Shown here in pieces: positions 20,411 through 30,439 of a stretch of 64,000 nt of DNA. A program made the translations under genes and the position numbers. Position 1 is the first letter of the stretch. Each line of letters starts with the position of its first letter. The DNA comes from Pyrinomonadaceae bacterium. Lineage in GTDB: Bacteria; Acidobacteriota; Blastocatellia; Pyrinomonadales; Pyrinomonadaceae. The stretch covers positions 32,001-96,000 of the forward strand of contig JBKBYA010000006.1 of the NCBI GenBank assembly GCA_046313635.1, read 5' to 3'. The notes below the pieces were generated by a model. It was not told the DNA's origin, searched no databases, and was given only the letters and a program-made list of their open reading frames with translations.

Positions 20411-20905
20411 AATTGAATGCGTCTTCGACCTCGGCCCTGCCCGCCGATGATCAAATGTTCTGCCGTGAAATATCGATTGTGGCCCGGCTGCCGCGCACAA
20501 TCGCCATTCTCCTGATCGGTCCCGCGACGACCTCCGCCGCCTCCTCAGCAATGCCCGCAAGCCAGATCGCCAGTGGCCGCGCGGCCTCGAGGTCATTAAT
20601 TCCCTGGCGAGGGAGATCTTCGGACCAGATCGTATTGAATGCCTTCACGACGCGAGCCCCCTTGCAAATGCGCCGCCAGCACCTCGGCCGACATCGTTTC
20701 GTCGACGTCAAACCTGCAAGGTCCTGCCCCTCAACGCGTCGGCCGGCAGCCCTTTGTATCGGCACAGGCCGATCACGACAATTCGAACGACTCCGAATGC
20801 GCAGATCCGACGGCCGGCGAGCATTCGCCGGGATCGGCCGCGATCACAGAGTCGCCGATAGCGATCTCCGCGGCGTCGCGGGTCTGCGATACCTGTCTGC
20901 TCCAT
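20411..20905 (-). pseudogene. Degenerate NADPH-dependent F420 reductase-like (F420_oxidored) gene
   Basis: Motif fragments in different frames: ...RYKGLPADALRGRT; ...ETMSAEVLAAHLQG; GARVVKAFNTIW...LAIWLAG..EEAAEVVAG. One frameshift is in a G5 run near 20660. Boundaries approximate. Confidence 0.7.
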
Positions 20906-21922
20906 TCAAATTCGAACGACGATCTTGCCAAAATGGGCCCCCGACTCCATATACCTTAGAGCTTGGCGCACTTCGTCAAATTCGAATGTACGGTCGATCA
21001 CAGGCCTCAGCCCCGACTGCGCTGCCGCGCGGGTAAAATTCTCAAACATCGCTCGCGACCCGACAAAAATGCCCTGCATCCGGATCAGCTTCATAAAGAT
21101 CGGCACGTAGCTGAAGTCGCCCTCGCGCTCGAGCGCTCCGATCAGCGCGATGTGGCCGCCGACGCGGACCGCGTTTATCGAACGAGCGAGCGTTCCTCCG
21201 CCGCCGACCTCGACGACGTGATCGACGCCCGTCTTGCCGGTCGCTTCGAGCACCGCCGCGTCCCAATCCTCGCGTTCGCGATAGTTGATCACTACGTCGG
21301 CGCCGAGATCGCTCAGCCTCGCTTCTTTGGCCTTGTCGCCGGTCGTCGCGATCACACGCGCTCCGGCGAGCTTCGCGATCTGGAGTGCAAAGATCGAAAC
21401 GCCGCCCGAGCCGAGCGTAAGAACTGTTTCGCCGGCCTTGAGGCCGCCGGATTCAACGAGAGCGTGCCATGCTGTCACGGCCGCACACGGCAGCGTTGCG
21501 GCCTCGTCGTAAGACAGATGGTCTGGGACCCTTACCAACGACCTCTCGTCAAAGACCGCGTATTCGCGCAGTACCCCGTCCCATTGCGCTCCTGCACCGA
21601 GGGCCGTACGCGATCGCTGAACGTCGATCGCCCCCTCGTACCATTGCTGAACGAATATCGGCATCACGCGGTCGCCGGCAGCCCACCGACCAACGTCTTC
21701 GCCGACGGCGACCACCTCGCCTGCTCCGTCCGAGAAGGGCACCGCCGGGAGCTTCATTCTCGGGTTGTACTGGCCCTTGACCACCATCAGGTCGCGATAA
21801 TTCAAAGACGCGGCATGCAGTCTGACCAGCACCTCGCCCTTGCCCGGTTGCGGTACGTCGCGCTCGACCAACGCTAATTCGTCGATACCGAATCGTTGTA
21901 TCTCGTAGGCTTTCATATTCAA
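20906..21922 (-). CDS. NAD(P)-dependent medium-chain dehydrogenase/reductase (alcohol dehydrogenase-like)
   Basis: SLNYRD, PFSDGAGEV, TLPCAAVTAWHAL, GSGGVS and HFGKIVV motifs. Start is TTG 21922 or ATG 21916. Confidence 0.92.
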   Translation of the reverse strand: MNMKAYEIQRFGIDELALVERDVPQPGKGEVLVRLHAASLNYRDLMVVKGQYNPRMKLPAVPFSDGAGEVVAVGEDVGRWAAGDRVMPIFVQQWYEGAIDVQRSRTALGAGAQWDGVLREYAVFDERSLVRVPDHLSYDEAATLPCAAVTAWHALVESGGLKAGETVLTLGSGGVSIFALQIAKLAGARVIATTGDKAKEARLSDLGADVVINYREREDWDAAVLEATGKTGVDHVVEVGGGGTLARSINAVRVGGHIALIGALEREGDFSYVPIFMKLIRMQGIFVGSRAMFENFTRAAAQSGLRPVIDRTFEFDEVRQALRYMESGAHFGKIVVRI

Positions 21923-21986
21923 CCAAAACGCTCCTGACGCGATCGGACGATATCAAGATCCGATGCCTTCGGCCGGCCGTCGCTGA

Positions 21987-22604
21987 TCATCTCGCGCCGG
22001 CGACGCTGGCGGCGGCACTTTGCCATTCCGCGATCAGATCGACAAATTCATTCTGCAGCGAGACGGTCCGGTCGGCGTTGTACCATCGCTGGATCTGTTC
22101 GAGTATAACCGGCTTATCGACGCCCTGAGCCTTCAGCTCCTCAAACAACCGCTGCGCGGCCGACGGCCGCGCGCCCCATGTGCCGAGCACCGCAAAGGCA
22201 GCCGCGTCGAGCGCGATCAATTTAGGGATCGACCTCGCACCGTTGGTCAGAAAGCGGTCGATCAATTCGGGATGCTCGTCGCGGAGGATGTAGCGGGTCT
22301 CGATCTTGTCGCCGGACGCCGCGATCTTCTCGATCGGCGGGATGTTCTGCGCGGCGTCGCCGCACCAAGCCTCGGTAATGATCAGCCAGATCATGGGACG
22401 CTGCACACCGCGGGCGGCCGCGATGGCGCGTTCGGTCAGCTCGATCGTGCGGTCGAGCCGCTGCATCCGCTGGCGATTCAGTTTTGTGAATTGGACCAAT
22501 GCTTCTGATTGGTTCGGGCCGGTGGTCCTGCCTTCGACCACCAGGCGGTCCATAAGTTCTAGATAGGTCGCGTAAGACATCGCGCGTTCGACATAATTTT
22601 TCAT
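21987..22604 (-). CDS. Thioredoxin-like family protein (WCGD)
   Basis: TEAWCGDAAQ, LTNGARSIPKLI and WGARP motifs; GGGAG RBS. Confidence 0.88.
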   Translation of the reverse strand: MKNYVERAMSYATYLELMDRLVVEGRTTGPNQSEALVQFTKLNRQRMQRLDRTIELTERAIAAARGVQRPMIWLIITEAWCGDAAQNIPPIEKIAASGDKIETRYILRDEHPELIDRFLTNGARSIPKLIALDAAAFAVLGTWGARPSAAQRLFEELKAQGVDKPVILEQIQRWYNADRTVSLQNEFVDLIAEWQSAAASVAGAR

Positions 22605-22622
22605 TGCGTTATCTCTCCCGTT

Positions 22623-22715
22623 TTATAGTCCGAGCACCTGCGCCGCCGCACGGAAGCCAGCCAGAAAGCGCGGCGCCCAGATCGCAAAGATGGTTGGTAT
22701 AAGTCCTCTCACCAC
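22623..22715 (-). CDS. Candidate 30-aa small hydrophobic ORF (MVRGLIPTIFAIWAPRFLAGFRAAAQVLGL)
   Basis: Open frame from GTG 22715 to TAA 22623. It starts 2 nt from an Rrf2-type operator and ends just before the next gene's RBS. Confidence 0.35.
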   Translation of the reverse strand: MVRGLIPTIFAIWAPRFLAGFRAAAQVLGL

Positions 22716-22717
22716 GT

Positions 22718-22738
22718 TTGTAACTACTCCTGCTACAG
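22718..22738. promoter_or_regulatory. Putative Rrf2 operator 2
   Basis: TTGTAAC-tactcct-GCTACAG, a near match to the palindrome at 23201; minus-strand TTGACC at 22743-22748. Confidence 0.7.
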
Positions 22739-22754
22739 ATATGGTCAAAAAAAA

Positions 22755-23198
22755 TCAGCGGTGCTCCGGTTCGCCGGCCTCGCCGCTCTCGACCATGTCG
22801 ATCACGCTCTGAAGCGTGTACTTTGACAGCGTCTTGCAGATGCTCGCGTCGATCGCCTTCTGCATGCAGCAGAGGACGGCCTCGATATTCCGCCCGACGG
22901 GGCAGTCGCGATTGGGCCCTCGCTGGTGCAGCGCAAAGACCTCGCCTCGCGAGACCGCTTTGAAGACCTCGGTGAGACTGATCTTGTCGGCCGGACGTGC
23001 AAGTCTGGTCCCGCCCGCTGCGCCGGTCTGCGAAACGACGAGATCCGCCTGCCCGAGCTCGACCAGCAGGCGCCGGATCACTACCGGATTTGTGTTAACA
23101 CTCGCTGCGATAAGGTCAGACTTGACGTATTGCTCCGGATCTTTGGCGAGCATCGTCAGGATATGTACCGCAACCGCGAATTGGCTGTTTGCCGCCAT
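22755..23198 (-). CDS. Rrf2 family regulator (YwnA/HypR/SaiR-like)
   Basis: NSQFAVAVHIL, IAASVNTNPVVIRR, GAAGG and DCPVGRNI motifs; lacks the IscR three-Cys cluster pattern. Confidence 0.92.
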   Translation of the reverse strand: MAANSQFAVAVHILTMLAKDPEQYVKSDLIAASVNTNPVVIRRLLVELGQADLVVSQTGAAGGTRLARPADKISLTEVFKAVSRGEVFALHQRGPNRDCPVGRNIEAVLCCMQKAIDASICKTLSKYTLQSVIDMVESGEAGEPEHR

Positions 23199-23200
23199 AA

Positions 23201-23238
23201 CTGTAACGAGTATAGTTACAGATAACGCCGATTGTCAA
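23201..23238 (-). promoter_or_regulatory. Sigma70 promoter overlapped by a palindromic Rrf2 operator
   Basis: Minus strand TTGACA (23238-23233)-N18-TATACT (23214-23209); perfect inverted repeat CTGTAAC-N7-GTTACAG at 23201-23221. Confidence 0.85.
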
Positions 23239-23308
23239 CGCCCCGACCTAACGGCCCCGCGACCTCGGAACTCTCGCTGATCCAAAACCTCATACCGCCG
23301 CAAAAACC

Positions 23309-23337
23309 AAAAGCCGGGCCAATAACCAGGCCCGGCT
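23309..23337 (-). terminator. Intrinsic terminator after the lytic transglycosylase gene
   Basis: GCCGGGCC-N8-GGCCCGGC stem followed by a T run on the minus strand. Confidence 0.7.
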
Positions 23338-23359
23338 CGAGAGTCTGAATAACTGCGGC

Positions 23360-25150
23360 TTATTTGGAAGGGATCTTGATCTCCCGTCCGGCACCGAGCA
23401 CCGAGTTCGGAAGCAGCCCGTTAAATTTCGCGACCTCGACCGGATCGACGCCGTTGCGTTGAGCGAGCTTTGCGATGGTGTCGCCGGCCTGGGCCTTGAC
23501 GACCTTGACGTTATTTACCGGCGCAGCCGAAACCGGCGTTGACGGTCGGACATACGAGATCGAATTGACCCTGCCGCTAACCGGAACAAAGACCTTGCCC
23601 TTCGGCACGGCCATTCCCGGATTAGCCGCGCGGAGATCCGCGACGCTGACTCCCGTGCGGTTCGAGATCGACTCCCACGTCTCGCCGGTGCTCGACGACG
23701 CGAGTGCGGTGTTGTTCAGCTTGGTCGCCGGGATACGCTTAAAGATGGCCACGACCTCGTTGGCCTTCCCGGCCGGGACGTTGACTACGTACGGCTCGGG
23801 CGGCGTGACATTGCTGCGAAGCTGCGGGTTGAGATACCGGAGGTACTGCACGCTCGTATCCGAAGCCTGTGCGATAAGGGTCAAATTGGTCGAGCCGGGC
23901 ACGCGAACGCGATCGTATCGCAGCGGAGCGGCCGGCCTGATGTGGCCAAACCCGTAGGCGTGCGGGTTATTTGCGATCAGGATCGTCGCAAGGATGTTGG
24001 GAACATAATTGCGCGTCTCCTGCGGCAGATACGGATACGCGACCCAGAAATTGGCGACGCCCGCTCGGCGGATCGCACGGTCGACGTTGCCCTCGCCCGA
24101 GTTATATGCCGCGAGAGCAAGCTCCCAGTTGTTGTAGCGGTTGTAGAGGAACTTCAAGTACCGGGCCGAAGCGCGGGTCGCCTCGTCAAAGCTGTTTCGC
24201 TCGTCGACGTGTGCCGTGCGACGCAGACCGAAACGCGATCCCGTTCCCGGAATGAACTGCCAAAGCCCCGATGCCGCGGCCCACGACAGTGCCGTCGGCT
24301 TCCAGGCGCTCTCGACCTGGCCCAGCCAGGCTACGTTCTCCGGAATTCCCTCTTCGCGAAAGATCCGCCGGGCCATCGACATGAACATCCCTGAACGATA
24401 GAGCCCGACCTCCATCGTCGAACGCCCTCGGCCGCGGTAGTAGTTGATGAACTGCTGGATCATCGGGTGCACCTGGAACGAGAATCCAAGCGACCGGTTG
24501 GCGACAGCGTATTGAATGTACTGGTACTGCTGCTGAGCGACGGGATTGTTGTCGATCTGCTGCTCTTCCGGCGTGAGCTCGAGCTTTGCGAGATCGTCGA
24601 GCGGCGAAGGCTCGAACTGCTGCTCGTTGAAACCCATCGGAGCCGCCTGCAGCGGAGACGAGCCGGCGATGGCATTTGCCGCCGCCTGGTCGATACCAGC
24701 CTTGGCCGGCGAGGCCGACGACCCGGACCTCGTGATCCCGACGACGTCGTCGGCGAGCTTAAAGTCGGCATCGGTCCAATTCCAACCGCAAGTACCGGAA
24801 AGCTCGCGTACACGAGCCGGCTGCGAGCTGTTTGGAAACTCGAGGCGATAGACCGTCTCGATCAGCTGGTTGTAGCAGTTGAGAAGCTTTTGATCTTTCT
24901 GGATGTTGAGCGTCGAGTAGAGAAAGACTTCGACGGCCCTGTCAAAACTCTGGCCTGCGTCCGAACGGCGATTTTCCTTAACCGCCGAGAGTCCTTCGCG
25001 AAAGTTCTTGCCCGTTTCGGCGAGCACGACCGCGACGGCCTCGCGGGCCCGCTTGACCTCTGGCGTTTCGGTCTGCCCAAACGCGACCAGACTCCAAACA
25101 AGTATCGAACACGCGGCGAACGCAATTTTCCTAACGGAGGTAACTCTCAT
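23360..25150 (-). CDS. MltD-like lytic transglycosylase with LysM domains
   Basis: Signal peptide; SLT motifs QVESAW, GLWQF, AYNSG and ETRNYVP; C-terminal LysM repeats. Confidence 0.9.
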   Translation of the reverse strand: MRVTSVRKIAFAACSILVWSLVAFGQTETPEVKRAREAVAVVLAETGKNFREGLSAVKENRRSDAGQSFDRAVEVFLYSTLNIQKDQKLLNCYNQLIETVYRLEFPNSSQPARVRELSGTCGWNWTDADFKLADDVVGITRSGSSASPAKAGIDQAAANAIAGSSPLQAAPMGFNEQQFEPSPLDDLAKLELTPEEQQIDNNPVAQQQYQYIQYAVANRSLGFSFQVHPMIQQFINYYRGRGRSTMEVGLYRSGMFMSMARRIFREEGIPENVAWLGQVESAWKPTALSWAAASGLWQFIPGTGSRFGLRRTAHVDERNSFDEATRASARYLKFLYNRYNNWELALAAYNSGEGNVDRAIRRAGVANFWVAYPYLPQETRNYVPNILATILIANNPHAYGFGHIRPAAPLRYDRVRVPGSTNLTLIAQASDTSVQYLRYLNPQLRSNVTPPEPYVVNVPAGKANEVVAIFKRIPATKLNNTALASSSTGETWESISNRTGVSVADLRAANPGMAVPKGKVFVPVSGRVNSISYVRPSTPVSAAPVNNVKVVKAQAGDTIAKLAQRNGVDPVEVAKFNGLLPNSVLGAGREIKIPSK

Positions 25151-25347
25151 CAAATTCGATTTTCTGTCGGCACGATCGTATCGATCGAGGGAGTGCGGTC
25201 CGGCAAACAATTACAGTAAACGCGTGCGGACCGGGTTTGTTCCGAACTGATCGTCAACTATCGCGAGACGGCCCGATGGCGCACTCGCGGGACGACAGAT
25301 TATACCATCCGGCTGCGAAGCCGGTCAAAACTTTGATTCGGCGATAC

Positions 25348-27765
25348 TTATCGCAAACTCTTGGCCGCCCGGGAGCGATCCTTGGGCTGCATCAACGCCT
25401 CGTCAAAGACTTCTCGCACGTGATCGACAAAAACGAATCTCAGATCGTCGAGCACTTCCTGCGGGACGTCGTCGAGATCGCGACGATTCCGTTCGGGCAG
25501 GATCACTGTCTTGATCTTTGCTCTCCGGGCCGCCAGAAGTTTTTCTTTGACTCCCCCGATCGGGAGCACGTTGCCCCTCAAAGTGATCTCGCCGGTCATC
25601 GCGACGTCCTTACGCACGGGCCGCCGAGCGAGCACCGAGACGATCGCCGTCGCCATCGTGATGCCTGCCGAAGGGCCGTCCTTCGGGATCGCTCCCTCGG
25701 GCAGGTGGACGTGCAGGTCGTAGATATCGAAGTCGTCCTCATTGATGCCGAGCTCGCCTGCTCGTGCTTTGGCGTACGAGTACGCCGCCTGAGCAGACTC
25801 CTGCATGACCTCGCCGAGTTGACCCGTCAGGACGAGTTTTCCCTTGCCCTTGGTCTTGATCGCCTCGATGAACAAGATGTCGCCGCCGACCGCCGTCCAG
25901 GCCAAGCCGGTGACGATGCCGATCTGCGGCTTTTTGAGCGCGCCTTCGAAATGTATCCGCGGCACGCGCAGAAACTCCTGCAGATTGTCGGCCGTCACGC
26001 GGACCGGCGCGAACGCGTCCTCGAGCTCGGCCTTTCGCCGCGCGACCTTGCGGCAGACCTTGCCGATCTCTCGCTCGAGCTGGCGCAGGCCGGCCTCGAG
26101 GGTGTATTCGCCGATGATGCGCGCGAGAGCGCGGCGGTCAAACTTGATATCTCCCTTCTCAAGGCCGTTCTCCTCGACCTGCTTCGGGACGAGGTGCCGG
26201 CGTGCTATCTCGATCTTCTCTTCTTCGGTATAGCCGGCGAGCGAGATGACCTCCATCCGGTCGCGGAGCGCCGGCTGGATCGTGTCGAGCACGTTGGCCG
26301 TCGTCATGAACATCACGTTCGAGAGATCAAAGGTCACGCCCAGATAATTATCTCGGAACGTCGCGTTCTGCTCGGGATCGAGCACCTCGAGCAGTGCCGA
26401 GCTCGGGTCGCCGCGAAAGTCCGCTCCGACCTTGTCGATCTCGTCCAGCACGAGCAGCGGATTATTGGTCCCGGCCTGCTGTATCGCCTGAATGATGCGG
26501 CCCGGCATCGCTCCAACATAAGTTCGGCGATGACCGCGGATCTCCGCTTCGTCGTGAACGCCGCCGAGGCTGAGACGGACGAATTTGCGATTCAGCGCTT
26601 TCGCGACCGAGCGGCCGAGTGACGTCTTGCCGACTCCCGGCGGGCCGACGAGGCAGAGTATCGAACCTTTCGGCTTCTCGCGGAGCTTGCGAACCGCTAG
26701 GGCCTCGATCATCCGCTCTTTGACGCGTTCGAGACCGTAATGGTCCTCGTCGAGGATTCGCTCGGCTTTTTTGAGATTCAGATTGTCTTTGGACCTCGTC
26801 GACCACGGCAGCTCAACCATTATGTCGAGCCAGTTTCGCAGTGTCGCGGTCTCGGCGGCGTCCGGGTGCATCCGCTCGAGTTTCTTGAGCTGGCGAAGCG
26901 ATTCTTCTTCGGCGGCCTGCGGCATTTTGGCCTTGAGGATCTTGTTTCGGTAATTCTCGATCTCCTCAAAAAGCTCGTTCCCCTCGCCCAGCTCCGCCTG
27001 GATCGCTTTCAATTGTTGCCGCAAGAAGTACTCGCGCTGCGAGCGGTCCATATCGGCCCGGGCCTGCGAGTTGATCTCCTGCTGCACGGTCAGCACGTCG
27101 ATCTCTTTGCTCAGAAGGTCGTTGACCCGCCGCAGCCGCGGCACCGGGTCAAAGATATCAAGTACGCTCTGCGCGTCCTCGACCTTGAGCTCGAGATTTG
27201 ATGCCGCAAGGTCGGCTAGCCGGCCCGCGTCGTCGAGGTTAGCGATGATCGCCAGCACCTCGGGAGAGATGTTCTTGCCAAGCGCCGCGGCCCGCTCCAT
27301 CAGCGAGCGAACGTTTCGAATGAGGGCCTCGACCTCGAGCGAATTCTCAGGTGCAAGCGGCTCCGAGACGGGCGTCAGCCCTGCTTTGATAAAGTCGCCG
27401 CGCGACAGTATCGAATCGACGCGGCAGCGCGAGAGTCCCTGTATGAGAATGCGGATCCGCCCGTCGGGCAGCTTCAGCATCCGCATGATGATCGCGGCCG
27501 TACCGACCGAGTAGAGGTCGTCCTGCAGCGGCTCTTCCTTGTTGACGTCCTTTTGCGACACGAGCAGGATCATCCGGTTCTCGCTGAGAGCTTTTTCGAC
27601 GGCGCGGATCGACCTGTCGCGCGAGACAAACAGCGGCACGATCATGAACGGGTAGATGACGATGTCCCGAAGTGGCAAGACCGGAAGCTCGGCCGGGATC
27701 TGCATCATCGGCTCGAGCACTTCCGATTCGCCCAGTGCGACCGGAAATTCTTCGACTTCGCTCAT
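25348..27765 (-). CDS. lon: ATP-dependent Lon protease
   Basis: LON N-domain; GPPGVGKT Walker [15 protein letters not shown] catalytic Ser. Confidence 0.98.
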   Translation of the reverse strand: MSEVEEFPVALGESEVLEPMMQIPAELPVLPLRDIVIYPFMIVPLFVSRDRSIRAVEKALSENRMILLVSQKDVNKEEPLQDDLYSVGTAAIIMRMLKLPDGRIRILIQGLSRCRVDSILSRGDFIKAGLTPVSEPLAPENSLEVEALIRNVRSLMERAAALGKNISPEVLAIIANLDDAGRLADLAASNLELKVEDAQSVLDIFDPVPRLRRVNDLLSKEIDVLTVQQEINSQARADMDRSQREYFLRQQLKAIQAELGEGNELFEEIENYRNKILKAKMPQAAEEESLRQLKKLERMHPDAAETATLRNWLDIMVELPWSTRSKDNLNLKKAERILDEDHYGLERVKERMIEALAVRKLREKPKGSILCLVGPPGVGKTSLGRSVAKALNRKFVRLSLGGVHDEAEIRGHRRTYVGAMPGRIIQAIQQAGTNNPLLVLDEIDKVGADFRGDPSSALLEVLDPEQNATFRDNYLGVTFDLSNVMFMTTANVLDTIQPALRDRMEVISLAGYTEEEKIEIARRHLVPKQVEENGLEKGDIKFDRRALARIIGEYTLEAGLRQLEREIGKVCRKVARRKAELEDAFAPVRVTADNLQEFLRVPRIHFEGALKKPQIGIVTGLAWTAVGGDILFIEAIKTKGKGKLVLTGQLGEVMQESAQAAYSYAKARAGELGINEDDFDIYDLHVHLPEGAIPKDGPSAGITMATAIVSVLARRPVRKDVAMTGEITLRGNVLPIGGVKEKLLAARRAKIKTVILPERNRRDLDDVPQEVLDDLRFVFVDHVREVFDEALMQPKDRSRAAKSLR

Positions 27766-27800
27766 TGGATTTTATGTTAGGAAAAAAGGCCGGAAAGGGC

Positions 27801-27834
27801 AAAATAAAGGCCTCGCGACGCGGGTTCGCGAGGC
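27801..27834 (-). terminator. Terminator-like hairpin between nrdR and lon
   Basis: Minus strand GCCTCGCGA-N7-TCGCGAGGC followed by CTTTATTTT. Confidence 0.55.
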
Positions 27835-27872
27835 TCGAAGCAGTGCTCGATCGTCCGCCTTTATGCGTCGAT

Positions 27873-28370
27873 CTATGCCTTCTTTCGCTTCTTGCGAAGC
27901 GACGAGACGGTCGTATTGCGAGAGCTGACGAGCGCTTTGAGCTCGTTCATGAATTCAGAGACGTCCTCAAATTCGAGATAAACGGACGCAAATCTGACGT
28001 ACGCGACCTTATCCAGCGATTTGAGCCGCCGCATAATGATCTTGCCGATCTCGCTGGTCGAGAGCTCGCGGTCGGACGAGTCGTGAGCTGATTTCTCGAT
28101 CTGGTTGGCGATCGACTCGAGCTGGCTGACCGAGATCGGCCGCTTTTCGCAGGCCCGCAGCATACCGGCCATGATCTTGTTACGCTCAAACGGCTCGCGC
28201 CGGCCGTCCTTTTTGACGACCATGTACGGGATCTCGTCTATCCGCTCGTACGACGTGAACCGGCGGCCGCACTCGAGACATTCGCGACGCCGACGGATCG
28301 ACTCGCCGTCCTTCGCCTCGCGAGAGTCGACGACCTTGTCCTCTAAATATCCGCAATATGGGCATCTCAT
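27873..28370 (-). CDS. nrdR: Transcriptional repressor NrdR
   Basis: [29 protein letters not shown] cone and [10 protein letters not shown]. Confidence 0.97.
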   Translation of the reverse strand: MRCPYCGYLEDKVVDSREAKDGESIRRRRECLECGRRFTSYERIDEIPYMVVKKDGRREPFERNKIMAGMLRACEKRPISVSQLESIANQIEKSAHDSSDRELSTSEIGKIIMRRLKSLDKVAYVRFASVYLEFEDVSEFMNELKALVSSRNTTVSSLRKKRKKA

Positions 28371-28418
28371 AAATTCTTAAATCGTCGCTGCGAGAGGTTG
28401 GTTTAGGGCATACCGGCC

Positions 28419-29480
28419 TTAGCCGGCCTGATCGAAGTCGGGCGAGTCGGTCTCGATCTCCTCGACGGCGTGCTCGCTGGAGAGCAGGCTGCGAAACCGC
28501 TCGAGACTGATATCGCCGTGAATAAAATAATACAGGCCGAAGATAATTGCAGGCGCGAAATACACCAGATGCATGATGATCGAGACCGCCGCGGCGCTCT
28601 CTCGATCTACATTGAGCAGGATGAGGCTGCCCGCGGTCGCCGCGTGAAAGGCCCCGGCCGCCCCGCCCGGCGTCGGTATCAGCGAGCCGAGCGATGCGAC
28701 GCCCATGATAAAGATCGAGTCGACGAACGTGAGCGGCAGCCCGAAAGCGAGTATCACGAGCCAGGTCGGGACAGCTATGGCGAACCATAAACCGATCGTC
28801 CAGAACGTCGCCAGCACGATCTCACGCCCGCTCCGCAGGATGTCAAGCGAGGTCGCGAGCTGCCGCATAAGGCTGAGCAGTATCGAACGCAGCCGCGCCG
28901 GCATAAATCTCCGGTCGGTCGCCTTCGCAAGCCATTCGATCACCCGTGCCGAATAACGGTGATAGACGACGAGCATCGCGATCCCGACGACCGCAAGACC
29001 CAGCAAAACGTTGCCGACCAGCTTGATGTACGCGTATTCGGCCTCGTGGCCGGCCGGCGGCGTGAACCACATCAGGCTGAAGGAGAAAAAGCAGATCAAC
29101 GATGCGAGATCAAAGACGCGTTCGACGGCGATCGTGACCACCGCCGCGCTCGGCCGCACTCGCCGATCACGCATCGGCAGCCACATCGGCCGCACGATCT
29201 CGCCGGCCCGGCCGATCAAAAAGATCGCCGCAAAGCCGACGGTGGTCGTCGCAAAAAGCTCTCTCAGACTGCTCGGCGTTATCGGCTCGAGCAGCACTTT
29301 CCATCTGACGGCACGGAGCAAATAGCCGGCACAGATGATCGCCACGGCCATACCGAGATAAACAAAGTCGGCGTGCCGCAGGCTCCGCGACACCTCGGCC
29401 CAATCGAGATTGCGGCCGAAATACCACAGCAGCAGAACGGCGACCAGCAGCAGCAATGTGAATCGAATGTACTTACGCAA
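28419..29480 (-). CDS. Lysylphosphatidylglycerol synthase TM-domain (UPF0104/flippase-like) protein
   Basis: RAVRW, RAGEIVRP, VERVFD and IPTPGGAAG motifs; multi-TM. Confidence 0.88.
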   Translation of the reverse strand: MRKYIRFTLLLLVAVLLLWYFGRNLDWAEVSRSLRHADFVYLGMAVAIICAGYLLRAVRWKVLLEPITPSSLRELFATTTVGFAAIFLIGRAGEIVRPMWLPMRDRRVRPSAAVVTIAVERVFDLASLICFFSFSLMWFTPPAGHEAEYAYIKLVGNVLLGLAVVGIAMLVVYHRYSARVIEWLAKATDRRFMPARLRSILLSLMRQLATSLDILRSGREIVLATFWTIGLWFAIAVPTWLVILAFGLPLTFVDSIFIMGVASLGSLIPTPGGAAGAFHAATAGSLILLNVDRESAAAVSIIMHLVYFAPAIIFGLYYFIHGDISLERFRSLLSSEHAVEEIETDSPDFDQAG

Positions 29481-29575
29481 GAGGCAATGATCTGGCGGTC
29501 GTTAGTAAATTCAAGACGATACTGCATTTCAGGACAAAAGTTAAACTCGACGCCGCCGAGCGGTAAGGCGGCGGT

Positions 29576-30319
29576 ATGAGCGGTGAGGGATTTTTCTGTA
29601 AAGTATCGACGGTGTACGACATTCGAAATATCTTTTGGACGATCTCGGCCCGTGCGCGCCGTCGGCGGGCCGAGACGTTTCGCAGCATGTTCGAGATCAG
29701 AAGCGATACGCGCATTCTCGATCTCGGCTCGGAAGACGGCTCAAACATCAAAATGGTCCTCGACGGCACGCCCATCGACCCGGCCAACGTATGGATCGCC
29801 GACATCGATCCGCAGGCGGTAGATCATGGCCGTCGTGCCTACGGCTTTCGCGGGGTCGTCATCGACGAATCCGGCAAGCTGCCCTTCGACGATGGTTTTT
29901 TCGACATTGTCTACTGCTCGTCGGTCATCGAGCACGTGACGCTGCCGAAGAGCGAGGTCTGGTCGATCGCCTCTGGTGAGGAATTTCGGGCGAGGGCCAT
30001 TCAGGCCCAGACGAGATTTGCCCGCGAGATCGAACGCGTCGGCCGGCAGTACTTTGTCCAGACGCCAGCGAGCAGCTTTCCGATCGAGAGTCACACATGG
30101 CTGCCTTTGCTCGGCCACCTGCCGCGAAACGCAATGCTCCCGGTGATGCGCGTGACGAACAAATACTGGATCAAGGGCGCCGATCCGGACTTCAATCTAC
30201 TGTCGGCCGACGAGATGAAAAGTCTGTTTCCGCGGGCGACGATCATTCGCGAGCGCTTTCTCGGAATGACGAAGTCGATCATGGCCGTCCATTCGCACCG
30301 CGTCGGCGGCGGCCGATGA
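29576..30319 (+). CDS. Class I SAM-dependent methyltransferase
   Basis: ILDLG, LPFDDGFFDIVYCSSVIEHV and VQTP..FPIESH motifs. The start may be GTG 29612. Confidence 0.85.
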   Translation: MSGEGFFCKVSTVYDIRNIFWTISARARRRRAETFRSMFEIRSDTRILDLGSEDGSNIKMVLDGTPIDPANVWIADIDPQAVDHGRRAYGFRGVVIDESGKLPFDDGFFDIVYCSSVIEHVTLPKSEVWSIASGEEFRARAIQAQTRFAREIERVGRQYFVQTPASSFPIESHTWLPLLGHLPRNAMLPVMRVTNKYWIKGADPDFNLLSADEMKSLFPRATIIRERFLGMTKSIMAVHSHRVGGGR

Positions 30320-30345
30320 GGAGTTGATGATAATATCCACGGTCA

Positions 30346-30371
30346 GGAACTTTTCGTTCCCGGGCCTCGTA
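30346..30371 (+). promoter_or_regulatory. ECF-sigma-type promoter (candidate autoregulatory)
   Basis: GGAACT-N16-CGTA upstream of the ECF sigma gene. Confidence 0.65.
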
Positions 30372-30439
30372 CCCAAAATGACGGAGTTGCCATTTACTTT
30401 GTCGGATCGGAACGAGGGGTCGATTGGAGAGAAACGACT

